A DNA stretch of 64,000 nt from the NCBI GenBank assembly GCA_964016885.1, contig OZ024744.1, positions 54,622,001 through 54,686,000 on the forward strand, given 5' to 3'. The position numbers and the translations under genes were made by a program. Numbering within the stretch: position 1 is the first letter of the stretch; the number at the start of each line of letters is the position of its first letter. Below, piece by piece: positions 40,958 to 52,325 of this stretch. The notes beneath the pieces were generated by a model. The model worked only from the letters and a program-made list of their open reading frames with translations. It ran no database searches and was not told the origin of the DNA. The DNA comes from Eledone cirrhosa. Lineage: Eukaryota.

Positions 40958-41860
40958 CTAGCTGGCCCATCCGGCTGGCACCCAGCTAGGTATACCAACA
41001 TGTTATCTTTTCAGGAATTCCCCCTCGACTCCAGTGCATGCCCTCTCAAGTCTGTGAGGTTGGAGTGTGGGGAGGGGGGTTTAACGTGCTCTGATGTTGG
41101 GTTTGAATAGTTTTTAGGATTCCCCAGTTCAGCAGCCAGTACGTTAAAGAAAATTGATAGTTACAACAATAAAGGCTGAATAGAGAACACATTCTTTAAC
41201 AAACAATAATTTGTACAACCGTAATGGAAATTCCAAGTAACAGAAAATATTTAAATTACATTGTTAGAGCCTCAGAGTATACAATATTTTTTTTCGGCCC
41301 TCCGGAGCAAAGATGAAGAGATTGTTTGGCGAGTTCACCCTAGAGCATCTTATATACAATTGACCATGGGAGAAGCACTGATCTCGTAGCTCGTCTCGCA
41401 GAGAAGCTCTGTAGACATTGACCTCTGGACACTATGTCAGGAGCAGGTAAGCTGTAGTGACTTAGAGGCCTACCACCAATCTCCAGGACACTGTTTTCAA
41501 GACAAATGAGCGCCTCATTGAAAACGACATCGTATCTTACGTTTGGATTGTGTCTGCATGTGCGGTGGAGGATGTCTTCAGCTAGACTTTTATGGTGGTT
41601 GTTACACAGTGCGAGAGGGTTGGTGAGATCGCAGTTGTGCAGCATAATAGCAACAAGTTTTCGCAGCTGAGAAGGGACTTTAGCAGATGGTGATTCTTGC
41701 AGGGTGAGGTACCAATGGCTGTCATCGTGTAACACACCACGCATCTGGCAAGCCAAATGGTAAGTGGAATATTGATGGCCATTGATGGAATATTGATGGC
41801 CATTGATTCTTAAAACTTGGAAAGACTGTGGTCCTCTAACCTCGAACAGTAACAATGACG
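40958..41860 (-). mobile_element. Internally deleted Helitron (Rep/Hel linker fused to PIF1 helicase C-terminus, 3' CTAG end)
   Basis: VRGPQSFQ..YSTYHLAC..GVLHDDSHW..PSQLRKL..LAEDIL (41340-41855); CFSHGQLYIRCSRV..KNIVYSEAL (~41380-41265); GC-rich subterminal segment then CTAG|T at 40958. The 5' end may lie near 42360. Confidence 0.85.
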
Positions 41861-42354
41861 ATGAGCCGTCTGTGCTTTCGTGAAATAAATAGGTTTTTAT
41901 CTGTACACAAATATATATATTAAAATAACAGATTAAAGTTTAAGCAAAAGCTTTCACCCTTAACAGGATCTTCTGAAGCTAAAAAAATCAATCTGTGAAC
42001 GCAGAAGTAAATATTTCAAAAAACGTTATCTAATGCAGACAGCCAGACATACAGAGACATATTAGATATTACAACGTTATAGCTATGTATCTATCTAAAA
42101 AGACAGACTAAGAAAAAGAGGGGAATGTTGTGCAACATCATAAGAAAAAGTGAGGAATGACGTATAACCGGAAGTGGTGACATTTGAAATTTTAAAGAAG
42201 TGAATATTTAAATAATGTCTTTAATCTTTTAACAAAATTCAGTAGACAAAAATACCCTCACTTTTTCACTTGTAAAAAGTTACATCTATGGTGCAAATTT
42301 GGTCCAGCCGTTTGGCGAAAAATTTGTTACATACATACGGCCGTCAGCTTTATG

Positions 42355-42401
<47 letters not shown>

Positions 42402-42404
<3 letters not shown>

Positions 42405-43077
42405 TCATCATCATCGTTTAACGTCCATCTTCCAGGCTAGCATGGGTTAGATGGTTTTATTCCATTTGATGCAGGAATGGTCGGGAGACCATGTCTCGTT
42501 CGCACAGATGTATCTCTGGCAGGTTTTTTACAGCTGGGTGCCTTTCCTAACACCAACCACATTTAGAGTGTGGACTGGGAGCCTTTTTACTGTGTCTCCT
42601 ACACGATCACCTTACAGTGTGGACTGTTGTGTCATCGACACAGTTGACAGAACGGGAAAGGAAGGATGGGGTAGGATGTGTGGGGTGGGGTGTACATTGG
42701 GTTAAGAGGTGCCTACTGACTGTAGGTTTGTATGTAATGGCAGTCGGGTCTTCTGTACAACTGCATGGTGCCAAAGATCTAGTGTCATTGTCTTGGAGAG
42801 GTGTAAGTGAGCAAGGTCAGTTTTTATCACCTCATCCCAGGTTTTTCGTGGTCTACCCACACCGTAGCTTCCATCAATTTTCATTGCCCTGCACTTTTTT
42901 ATACAGCTGTCGTCCTTCATACGCATCACATGTCCATACCAACGCAAACTCCTCTCCAGTACATAACATTTGGTACTTCTTAATTCGTTTATGCTTCGCC
43001 TTTAGCACACATTACTGTTACACATCCATCGGAGCATGCAAGCTTCATTTCTTTCTAATCTATGCAGGTCTTCAGCA
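42402..43077 (-). mobile_element. RTE-like LINE 3' fragment
   Basis: [32 protein letters not shown]; (GAT)n tail. Confidence 0.8.
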
Positions 43078-43619
43078 CATATATATATATGTGTATGTAT
43101 GTATTTATGTATGTATGAATCTTCTATAATTTTATTTTATACTCTGTCACAGTTGAGAAAAAAAAATTATGCTGAAATAGACTGCTTCTCCTAGCAGCTC
43201 TGTTACTCGCTAACAGTCCACCTTTTGCGACCCTGCTTCATTTTGTTTGTTTTATCGTACACGCATCATACCAACAGAATTATTTATTTTTCTGTTGCAC
43301 GAGCCAGCAATTTTATGTGGTAATTTCTTTCTTCCTATCACTTCTGTGGGCCAACACATTTTTATCCACTTATATCTGTCCCTTGAGGTAATTTTTACTC
43401 AATACTGTCATTGATGACATTTTGAGACAACATCATTTGTATATATATATATATTGTTGCAGAAGTTTCTTATACGTAGTTGTTATGTTGTAACTTCTTG
43501 AGGATAAGCCGGTCCTAGCAATCCAAAAGCACTTCACGTCAGTAGTTTATCCCAGCTAAGAGTTGGGGATTAGGAGTGACTGAGTATTTATTTATCAAAT
43601 AAAAGTAGTTAAGACGGGA

Positions 43620-43854
43620 TTGTTTCATCATAATTATTTCTTGCATGATATATATTTCTGTTACAAGGTTATGCATGTAACTTCATCAGATGCTTATGCA
43701 ATCATAGGTATATGCTGCTGGTCATGTATTACCATCGTGTTGTGATGTCAGAAGACATATCAGCCATATGATTGCATAAGTGTCTGATGAAGTCACATGC
43801 ATAACCATGTAACAGAAATATATATCATGCAATAAGGCAATTATGGTGAAATAA
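43620..43854. repeat. Palindromic element with one hammerhead per arm (43643-43693 minus; 43780-43830 plus)
   Basis: Arms of ~85 bp are reverse complements; each reads GCAT/GTGT-CTGATGA-a-GT(T/C)ACATG cataac C(A/T)TGTAAC-a-GAAA-TATATA-TC-ATGC. Confidence 0.8.
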
Positions 43855-43881
43855 TCTTTTATTTCATATATATATATATAT

Positions 43882-43927
<46 letters not shown>

Positions 43928-44337
43928 ATATATATTATATATTTATATATATGAAAAAATGGCGTGCTGCGTGGTTGCAAATGGGTTACATATGAATAAA
44001 ATTAGTCCTTCATCAGTGATCTTCCAGCCTTCATTGGTATTTCATCGCTTATATATATCATCATCATCATCATCATCAACGTTTAACGTCCGTGTTCCAC
44101 GCTTGCATGGGTTTGGACGGGGGTAGTCCCACTTGAGGCAAGAGTGATTGTCTTGCTCGCATAGGACTGTCTGGCAGGTTTTCTACAGTTGGATGCCCTT
44201 CCTAACACCAACCACATTTACAGTGTGGGTCTGGGAGGTTTTTACCGTGTTGCCTACACGGCCACATTACAGCGTGGACTGTGTGTTTTTTTGTCGTGAC
44301 ACCTACATGATCTCATTTGTTTCGGCCTGGATGGTGT

Positions 44338-44392
<55 letters not shown>

Positions 44393-44810
44393 TGTGTGTG
44401 TGTGTGTGTGTGTGTTAAATAATAACAGAGATGCAAAAATACAAAGTCTTATTAGTTTCATGCTTGGGAATGAAGATAAATATATTTTCAACATATCAGA
44501 CATTAGTCTTTCATCAGGAAAGAACAAAGTTCGGAGATTCAGTGTATTGGGAGGAGAGCAGGCAAGTCGTCTGTCGTGCAAGGGTGGAGACTGAGATGAA
44601 GAGTTTCAATATATCATTGGTGCTGCTATGTGTGTGCAGATGAAATGGCTTTCAAAGGTGTGCATGCCATTGATATTGTTTATGCCTTGCATGTGTGTAT
44701 GTGTAAGTGTGTGTATGTGTGGGTGTACACATGTGTGTATGGTGGTGCGTTTATGATTGTTATCAGTGTGTGTGTTTGGGTGAGTTTCTGCCGTTATTAG
44801 TATGTATACG

Positions 44811-45029
44811 TGAGGGCGGTGGATTGGCAGTATCGGTAGAGGGTCAGACGCCATGCTTTGCAGCATAGAGTTACGGTCCTTTATGATCTGAGCTCAAATC
44901 CCGCCGAGGTTAACTTTGCCTTTCATCCTTATGGGGTCGATAAAATAAAGTACCAGTCACGCACTGGGGTCGATTTAATCGACTTTCCCCTCCCCCCAAA
45001 TTACTGGCCTTGTGCCTATATAAGAAACC
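44811..45029 (+). mobile_element. SINE family A, full length
   Basis: tRNA-like head, family core and tail; flanking repeat attagtatgtata. Confidence 0.85.
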
Positions 45030-45529
45030 ATTAGTATGTATATGTGATTGTGTTTATGTATGTGTGTGCATAAGCTTGTCTGTATCCATATGTGTGTGTA
45101 CCAAATAAAAAAGGGAAATATTTTCAGAGCTTGTGATCAAAGTATTTGATGGGTAACTTCATAACAGAGTTGACAAAGGACAATGAGGTTTGGTGTTATG
45201 CTGTGTTGAGGAAGATCCAGCCACTAGCATAAATGTAACCTGATCCCCATCCATTCCTGTATCCCTATCCATTCTAGTATCACTTCTTAGCTAATCCTCC
45301 CCTTCTAAAGTCTTAAGATACCCCAGTGCTATTGCACCCTAGTAGCAACTGTTCCTCACCTTATGTTCTCTACTACCGCCAGGTCCCCCCCCCCCCATAC
45401 TACTACTCCTTAGCTATCCCTAGGAAAAGGAAAAGGAACATATCAACCGATATTAGTCTTTGCTCAACTAAAGTCAGGAGAAAGAAAAGACTGAAAGGTT
45501 GAAGAGAAAGATAAACAGCTGTTTATCAG

Positions 45530-45577
<48 letters not shown>

Positions 45578-45611
45578 GATAGATATATATATAAGGAACG
45601 ATCGACTTTCG

Positions 45612-45813
45612 TCAAATCGGACCGAGGGAACAATGTTTCCGTTGGTCTTTCCAATTGCTAATACTATCTATCGGTCGCAGCTCCAGGTAGAAGGAGCAAC
45701 GTGAAATAAAGTGTCTTGCTCAAGGACATAACGCATCGCCTGGTCCAGGAATCGAACTCACAACCTTACGATTGCGAATCCAATTCTCTAACCACTCAGC
45801 CACACGCCTTCAC
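45612..45813 (-). mobile_element. tRNA-derived SINE family B
   Basis: Minus strand gtggctgagtggttagag (A box), gagttcgattcc (B box), gtccttgagcaagacacttt; related fragment at 31880-31980. Confidence 0.8.
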
Positions 45814-45939
45814 TCATATATATATATAGTGTATATAAATAGTGTATATATATTATCAAATGATTCTATGGACATAATTTATAGTGTATATATATATATA
45901 CAAATGAATACAAATTATCTAATTCTATATATATATATA

Positions 45940-46557
45940 TCATCATCATCATCATCATCATCACCGTTTTACGTCCGTTCTTCCACGCTAGCATGGGTTA
46001 GACGGGTTGTCCTGTTGTGGGCAGTGTCTGGTCGGCTGACCATGCCTTGCTCATACAGGAACTGATCTGGCTTGATTTCTACAGCTGGATGCCCTTCCTA
46101 ACACCAACCTCATTTACAGTGAGTGCTGGGTGCTTTTTCGTGGCGCCTACACGTCCACTTTACAGTGTGGGCTGGGTGCTTTTTTGCCGTGGCACCTCCA
46201 CGACCACCTTGCGGTGGTGGGGGGGGGGGGCATATTGTTTATATGCTTCAGCATGTACCCATGGGAGGTCGGGTACCCTGTATTACTGCGTGACGCCAGA
46301 AGTCACGGTCGTGTGTCATTGACTTTGAGAGGTGTAGTTGGGTAAGGTCGGCTTTTATCACCTCATCCCAAGTCATCTTGGGTCTCCCCACTCCGTGGTT
46401 TCCATCAACTTCTAGTGCTCTGCACCTTTTTATGCAGCTGTCATCCTTCATACGCATCACATGTCCATACCAGCGTAACCGCCTCTCCTGCACGCAGCAT
46501 TTGATTCCTCTTATGCTCAGTCTCTCTCTCAATTCCTTTATGCTTTGTCGTTCACGT
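45940..46557 (-). mobile_element. RTE-like LINE 3' fragment
   Basis: [35 protein letters not shown] plus the shared UTR. Confidence 0.85.
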
Positions 46558-46588
46558 ATGTATGTATATATATATATATATATGTATG

Positions 46589-46637
<49 letters not shown>

Positions 46638-46799
46638 GTGTATGTATATATATATATATATATGTATGTATATATATATATATACCGTCCCACCCTTGCA
46701 AGCAGGGAAAAGCGGACGTAAAATGATGATGATGATGATGATGATGATATATATATATATATGTATAGATATATATATATATATATATGTATATATATG

Positions 46800-46842
<43 letters not shown>

Positions 46843-46923
46843 GTATGTATATATATATATATGTATATATATGTATATATATATATATATATGTGTATAT
46901 ATATATATGTATGTATATATGTA

Positions 46924-47358
46924 TCATCATCATCATCATCATCAGGTTTAGCGTCCGTGTTCCACGCTTGCATGGGTTTGGACGGGGGTTTTCCCACTTG
47001 AGGCAAGAGTGGTTGTCTTGCTCGCATAGGACTGTCTGGCGGGTTTTCTACAGTTGGATGCCCTTCCTAACACCAACCACATTTACAGTGTGGGGCTGGG
47101 AGATTTTTACCGTGTTGCCTACACGGCCACATTACAGCGTGGACTGTCTGGCGGGTTTTCTACAGCTGGATGCCCTTCCTAACACCAACCACATTTACAG
47201 TGTGGGGCTGGGACATTTTTACCGTGTTGCCTACACGGCCACATTACAGCGTGGACTGTCTGGCGGGTTTTCTACAGCTGGATGCCCTTCCTAACACCAA
47301 CCACATTTACAGTGTGGGGCTGGGAGGTTTTTACCGTGTTGCCTACACGGCCACATTT
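46924..47358 (-). mobile_element. RTE-tail/SINE-like repeat with an internal ~111-bp unit in three tandem copies
   Basis: ggactgtctgg starts at 47029, 47141 and 47252. Other copies of the family: 36998-37160, 44059-44340 and, in opposite orientation, 48738-49090. Confidence 0.85.
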
Positions 47359-47574
47359 ATATATATATATATATATACATATATAAATATATATAATATA
47401 TATATATATATGAGAGAGAGATTCACATATACACACATGCACACACACACACACATGTACCACATATATTTAAATAAATATATATATATATATATACAAA
47501 TATATATATATACAGAAATGTATATATATATATATTTGGAAACTCTGCTTCGTAGAATCGAGACATATCTGTGG

Positions 47575-48220
47575 ATCCAGCTATCTATTTAAAGCTGTAC
47601 ATGAATATGGTGCGGCCACACTTAGAATTTGCATCACCAGTCTGGAACCCCTATCTTGCTCAGAACATTGACCTCCTGGAAACTGTTCAGAGACGTGCAA
47701 CCAAGCGAATACCCTCCATCAGGCATCTACCATACTCTGAACGCTTTGCTTTCCTGGGCATGGATACATTGAAGCTCTGACGTCTGGCAACTGACTTGGT
47801 AAACACCCACAAAATTATTAACCATCTCGCCAACAACAACCTTGAGTACCTTTTTGATTTCCATGAGTCTAACACATGTGGGCAAGCCTACAAAGTCAGA
47901 AAACAGCACAGTTCCCATGACTTTCGGAAACATTTTTTCATGCTCAGAGTTGCTGAAGCATGGAACAAACTACCTGCATCAGTTATTAGCTGTCGAGACA
48001 CTGCATCCTTTAAAACCTCCATGCTTCCTGAGTTTCGCCAACACTACACCTGATGCTCCCCCCCCTCCCTCCACACACATACACACATGTATATCATGAC
48101 TCATACACTATTCACTTCCCTGGCATTTGTATATTATTCTATGTACTATACATGCACCTTTGACGAGTTGTAGTGCACCTGAGCACTTTACACAATAATT
48201 TCATTATTATTATTATTATA
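47575..48220 (+). mobile_element. CR1 LINE 3' fragment (same family as 38200-39385)
   Basis: VRPHLEFASPVWNPY..ETVQRRATK..WNKLPASV; (ATT)n tail. Confidence 0.9.
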
Positions 48221-48348
48221 TATCTTGCGATTTCTGAGTCACGTTTGATCATTGCATCGATCTTACCTCGAGCTGGTCGCCAGAGAAACAATTGTAATAT
48301 GTCTAATAAATCTTATTCGTCGCACCACTGATTCTCCGTTTCTTATGT

Positions 48349-48392
<44 letters not shown>

Positions 48393-48533
48393 GTAATAAT
48401 AATAAATTTGAAGACTAAAATCCAAAGAGGGCTCGATAAGGATAAATATATATCAAATATATAAGAACCGTAGAGCAAATATTTATTAAAATAACAGATT
48501 AAAGTTTAAGCAAAGAATATATATATATATATA

Positions 48534-48630
48534 CGGGGTGTCCCCAAAAGATGTATACACACTTTGATTACCTGTACAGGCAATATTTATTAGAATGCTA
48601 TTGAAGTGTGTATACATTTTTTGGGCACCC
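48534..48630. mobile_element. Short Tc1/mariner-like MITE
   Basis: GGGTGTCCCCAAAAGATGTATACACACTT pairs with AAGTGTGTATACATTTTTTGGGCACCC; TA to the left. Confidence 0.6.
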
Positions 48631-48653
48631 AAATATATATGCATGTATATATT

Positions 48654-48739
<86 letters not shown>

Positions 48740-49094
48740 ACGAAAAAAAAACACACAGTCCACGCTGTAATGTGACCGTGTAGGCAACACGGTAAAAATG
48801 TCCCAGTCCCACACTGTAAATGTAGTTGGTGTTAGGAAGGGCATCCAGCTGTAGAAAACCTGCCAGACAGTCCACGCTGTAATGTGGCCGTGTAGGCAAC
48901 ACGGTAAAAACCTCCCAGCCCCACACTGTAAATGTGGTTGGTGTTAGGAAGGGCATCCAACTGTAGAAAACCCGCCAGACAGTCCTATGCGAGCAAGACA
49001 ACCACTCTTGCCTCAAGTGGGAAAACTCCCGTCCAAACCCATGCAAGCATGGAACACGGACGTTAAACGATGATGATGATGATGATGATATATA

Positions 49095-49442
49095 CTAGCT
49101 GACGTACCCAGCTTTGCCCGAGTAAACAGATGATAAGAGAAGACAGGTAAAAGAAAAAATGACTGTATTGGATGTTTGTCTGGTTACAGTATGAGGCGAG
49201 TCTGTGGTGTCTGTGTAATACAAAAAAACAGTAAAAAAAATCTTCCAGATATACCAGATACTTCGTTTTACCGTTTGTGCATAGTATATGAACAATTCTA
49301 GGTGCTCCCACCTAGAATAGTGACCTCTAGGAGATGGTTCATCTTCTGCCTGACTGTAAAACGTGTGTCATTGCATAGACGTGGTTATTCCACGTTTCTC
49401 AAAAGGATGATGGAAGTTCCAATCTTTTATATTATATGTAGA
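49095..49442 (-). mobile_element. Non-autonomous Helitron
   Basis: Minus strand starts A|TCTACATATAATATAAAAG and ends gggcaaagctgggtacgtcagCTAG|T (5'-TC, 3'-CTAG, A|T target). Confidence 0.7.
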
Positions 49443-50264
49443 TATAGATATAGATAATTAATATAAAAGATGTCCGTCAATGTAAAAGAGGTCCCTATTT
49501 ACTTGAAATGGTTTATACAAATGCCAAATTAATATGGATATGGATAACATGCTTATCTATAAGTGGTCAGCTATAATAATAAAACAACAAATTATATGAC
49601 ACAAAAATTTATTCAGTAATTTCCAGGCTCTTAGCCATTGAGTAATAGACAGTAAATGTTGCCCAGAGTTCAACTCGGGGAGGTGGCCTGGTTTGAACTC
49701 CAAATGGCGGATCCTTCTACTTCGAAAATAGAATCGTTTTTCAATATTACTCTAGCCCTGGCCGACCATAGGATCCAACCTTTTTGCCAGACTCAGCATA
49801 TGATGAGATTTTATTACCACCGCAATCAGAAGCGACGCACGCAAACTTACACACGCACCCGTGCACTTACACACACGCACACACTCACACACGTTGATAG
49901 ATTTTACTTCCTGTGGAACGCTGCACGCACGCACACACATAAACATACACGCACGTACATGCACACGCACACATGTTAATAGTTATTGCTTTCCTTCCCC
50001 TCTTATTTCCACACATCACACACACATGTCTCTACACTGACACATATACACAGTGTATCCAACACAGCGTTCACTTTGCCTCTCTGTTTCTTACTCTCCC
50101 CTCTCACTCCCTCATTGGCACTATGCATATTAATTTAAGTTTGGCGTCGTTGAGGTGGGCGGAGTCATTTGAAACCTATGAACCAATGATAATCGAGAAT
50201 TATGACACACGGAATACTGACATTGTTGAAATTAATATATAGATATATATCCCAAAAATGTATA

Positions 50265-50517
50265 CAGTGTTGAACAAAATGGCAACGATGGTTGCCGAAC
50301 ACTGTACGGCTAATAATTCGGGCTGTTTGTTTACAAACAAACTGAACATTATAATAAATGTTCAGTAAATATATATATGTACATATATATATGTGTGCAT
50401 GTATGTATGTATATACATACTACTGTACGTCTGTATACATATATGTATGTACATGTACATACTTATATTTAAGTATCAGCCGTACTAAGAGTGAGAAATG
50501 AAATTTCATTTTTTTCC

Positions 50518-50519
<2 letters not shown>
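50265..50519 (+). mobile_element. Second copy of the post-ribozyme tail of the 11554-12245 family
   Basis: Aligns by eye with 11988-12242. Confidence 0.8.
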
Positions 50520-50575
<56 letters not shown>

Positions 50576-50824
50576 AAGTTAAATAAAAGTCAAATGATTA
50601 AAAAAAAAAAAATATATATATATGTTTGTGTGTGTGTATATATATATATATATAATATATGCCCCTGTGTGTGTGCGTATGAGTCTTCAAAGTACAGACT
50701 AATCTTGTCATAGGAAGGATGTCTGCACCACTTCCCACCACCTTTTAAACATATTGCATTCTGTCTGCCATTTATACCTAGCTGCACCTTAATTAGAAAT
50801 CAGAAACCACCATATATATGTATA

Positions 50825-50894
<70 letters not shown>

Positions 50895-50967
50895 TAACAT
50901 TATAATGGATGAATATTTTATATACAACCCGGTTTATGATAATGGAGTACTTACTACTACTACTCCC

Positions 50968-51036
50968 AGTAGTAGTAGTAGTAGTAGTGGTGGTGGTGGT
51001 GGTGGTGGTGGTGGTGGTGGTGGTGGTGGTGGCGGT

Positions 51037-51101
<65 letters not shown>

Positions 51102-51111
51102 CACTAGCAGC

Positions 51112-51159
<48 letters not shown>

Positions 51160-51192
51160 TCTAGTAGTAGTAGTAGTAGAAGCAGCAGTAGC

Positions 51193-51258
<66 letters not shown>

Positions 51259-51272
51259 TCTAGTAGTAGTAG
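50968..51272. repeat. (AGT)n/(GGT)n/(AGC)n compound microsatellite
   Basis: Directly visible. Confidence 0.95.
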
Positions 51273-51297
51273 CTACCCATCAGACAAGTAGATAGAT

Positions 51298-52265
51298 ATG
51301 TTTCTTTATTAGCCACAGGAGCACAAAAGAAGGGGACAAATACAAAGGGGGAAGTTTACATACAATAAAAACGTGTAAAATACTATCACAAATGCAATTT
51401 AAAGATTAATCGATTTTCCCCAATAGGGGGAGACATTTCATATGGGTAACACATACCCCCGAAAAAATGTGCAACCCTCATATCCAGGAGCACCAAGAGT
51501 GAGTACCCCTTTCCTCTCTTCCTCTTTTTACTCAACATACAGGCTGATATAGAGAGAAGGCCCATTCACTCGGGCCATTCTCGCCACTTTCACCCACCTT
51601 TCATAAAACTTGCTGGGGTACAGCACCTCTCTCTCCATCCGGATTCTTCTTCCAAAGTGGAATTTGAAAAAAAGAATCAGTTGTTGGCCGGAGAGAAAGG
51701 TGTCTAACCTCAGCCCTTTTAACCACGTCCACCATACAGCCTCTTTCGCCATAGCTATCACACAAAGGAAAACCGCCTCTCCTTCGTTTTTGAAGGAGGG
51801 TGGCGGTTTGATCATGACAATAGACTCGGTGGTCAACTGGATTGGTCCCACCCGCGACAATAGTCGTTCTACATAGCCCCACAGGTCGGTAACGCCCGGG
51901 CAGTGTACAAATGCGTGCGCGACGGTTTTTTCGTTTCGCACACATCTCGGACAGATCTTTTTCGAAGGGTCCGTGCCCGGGCGCCCATGTCTGTAGAGCT
52001 TGTCTCGAACTGGTAGAGCTCCTTGGTAGCACTGCCAGGCCAGGGACTTTTGGAAGTTGTCCATTTGTCCTGGGCGGAAAGTCCTACCGAACAGATTGGC
52101 CAGTTCGTCTTCCTCTATGCCTGGAGTTTCTCCAATCGCATCGTTGCACTTGTTGCGGACCAACCCTCTACAGAATGACAAAGTGTAGTCTCCACTGATC
52201 GCCGGGTCCGCCTGCCAGAGGGTGGAAGCGCCTGAGCACATTCGATGTGCCAGTCGCCCATTTTC
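51298..52265 (-). mobile_element. 5'-truncated Tx1/L1-type LINE copy (ORF2 C-terminal zinc-finger region and 3' UTR)
   Basis: ORF 51528-52241 LAWQCYQGALPVRDKL..CPRC..E.VAHAFVHC; nucleotide-similar to 52325-53249. Confidence 0.88.

Positions 52266-52324
<59 letters not shown>

Positions 52325-52325
<1 letters not shown>

Noticed and set aside
44490-44520. CTGATGAAAGACTAATGTC motif on minus (similar at ~35110-35130 and ~44000-44015)
   Set aside because: GAAA is replaced by GATA or missing and there is no clear stem I; possibly degenerate HHRs, not counted.
48219-48300. HHR-like motif ending GAAACAATTGTA
   Set aside because: The 5' core reads CTTGCGA rather than CTGANGA; at best a dead relic, so not counted.
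50818-51295. Poly-Ser/Gly and poly-Val ORFs
   Set aside because: Trinucleotide microsatellite.
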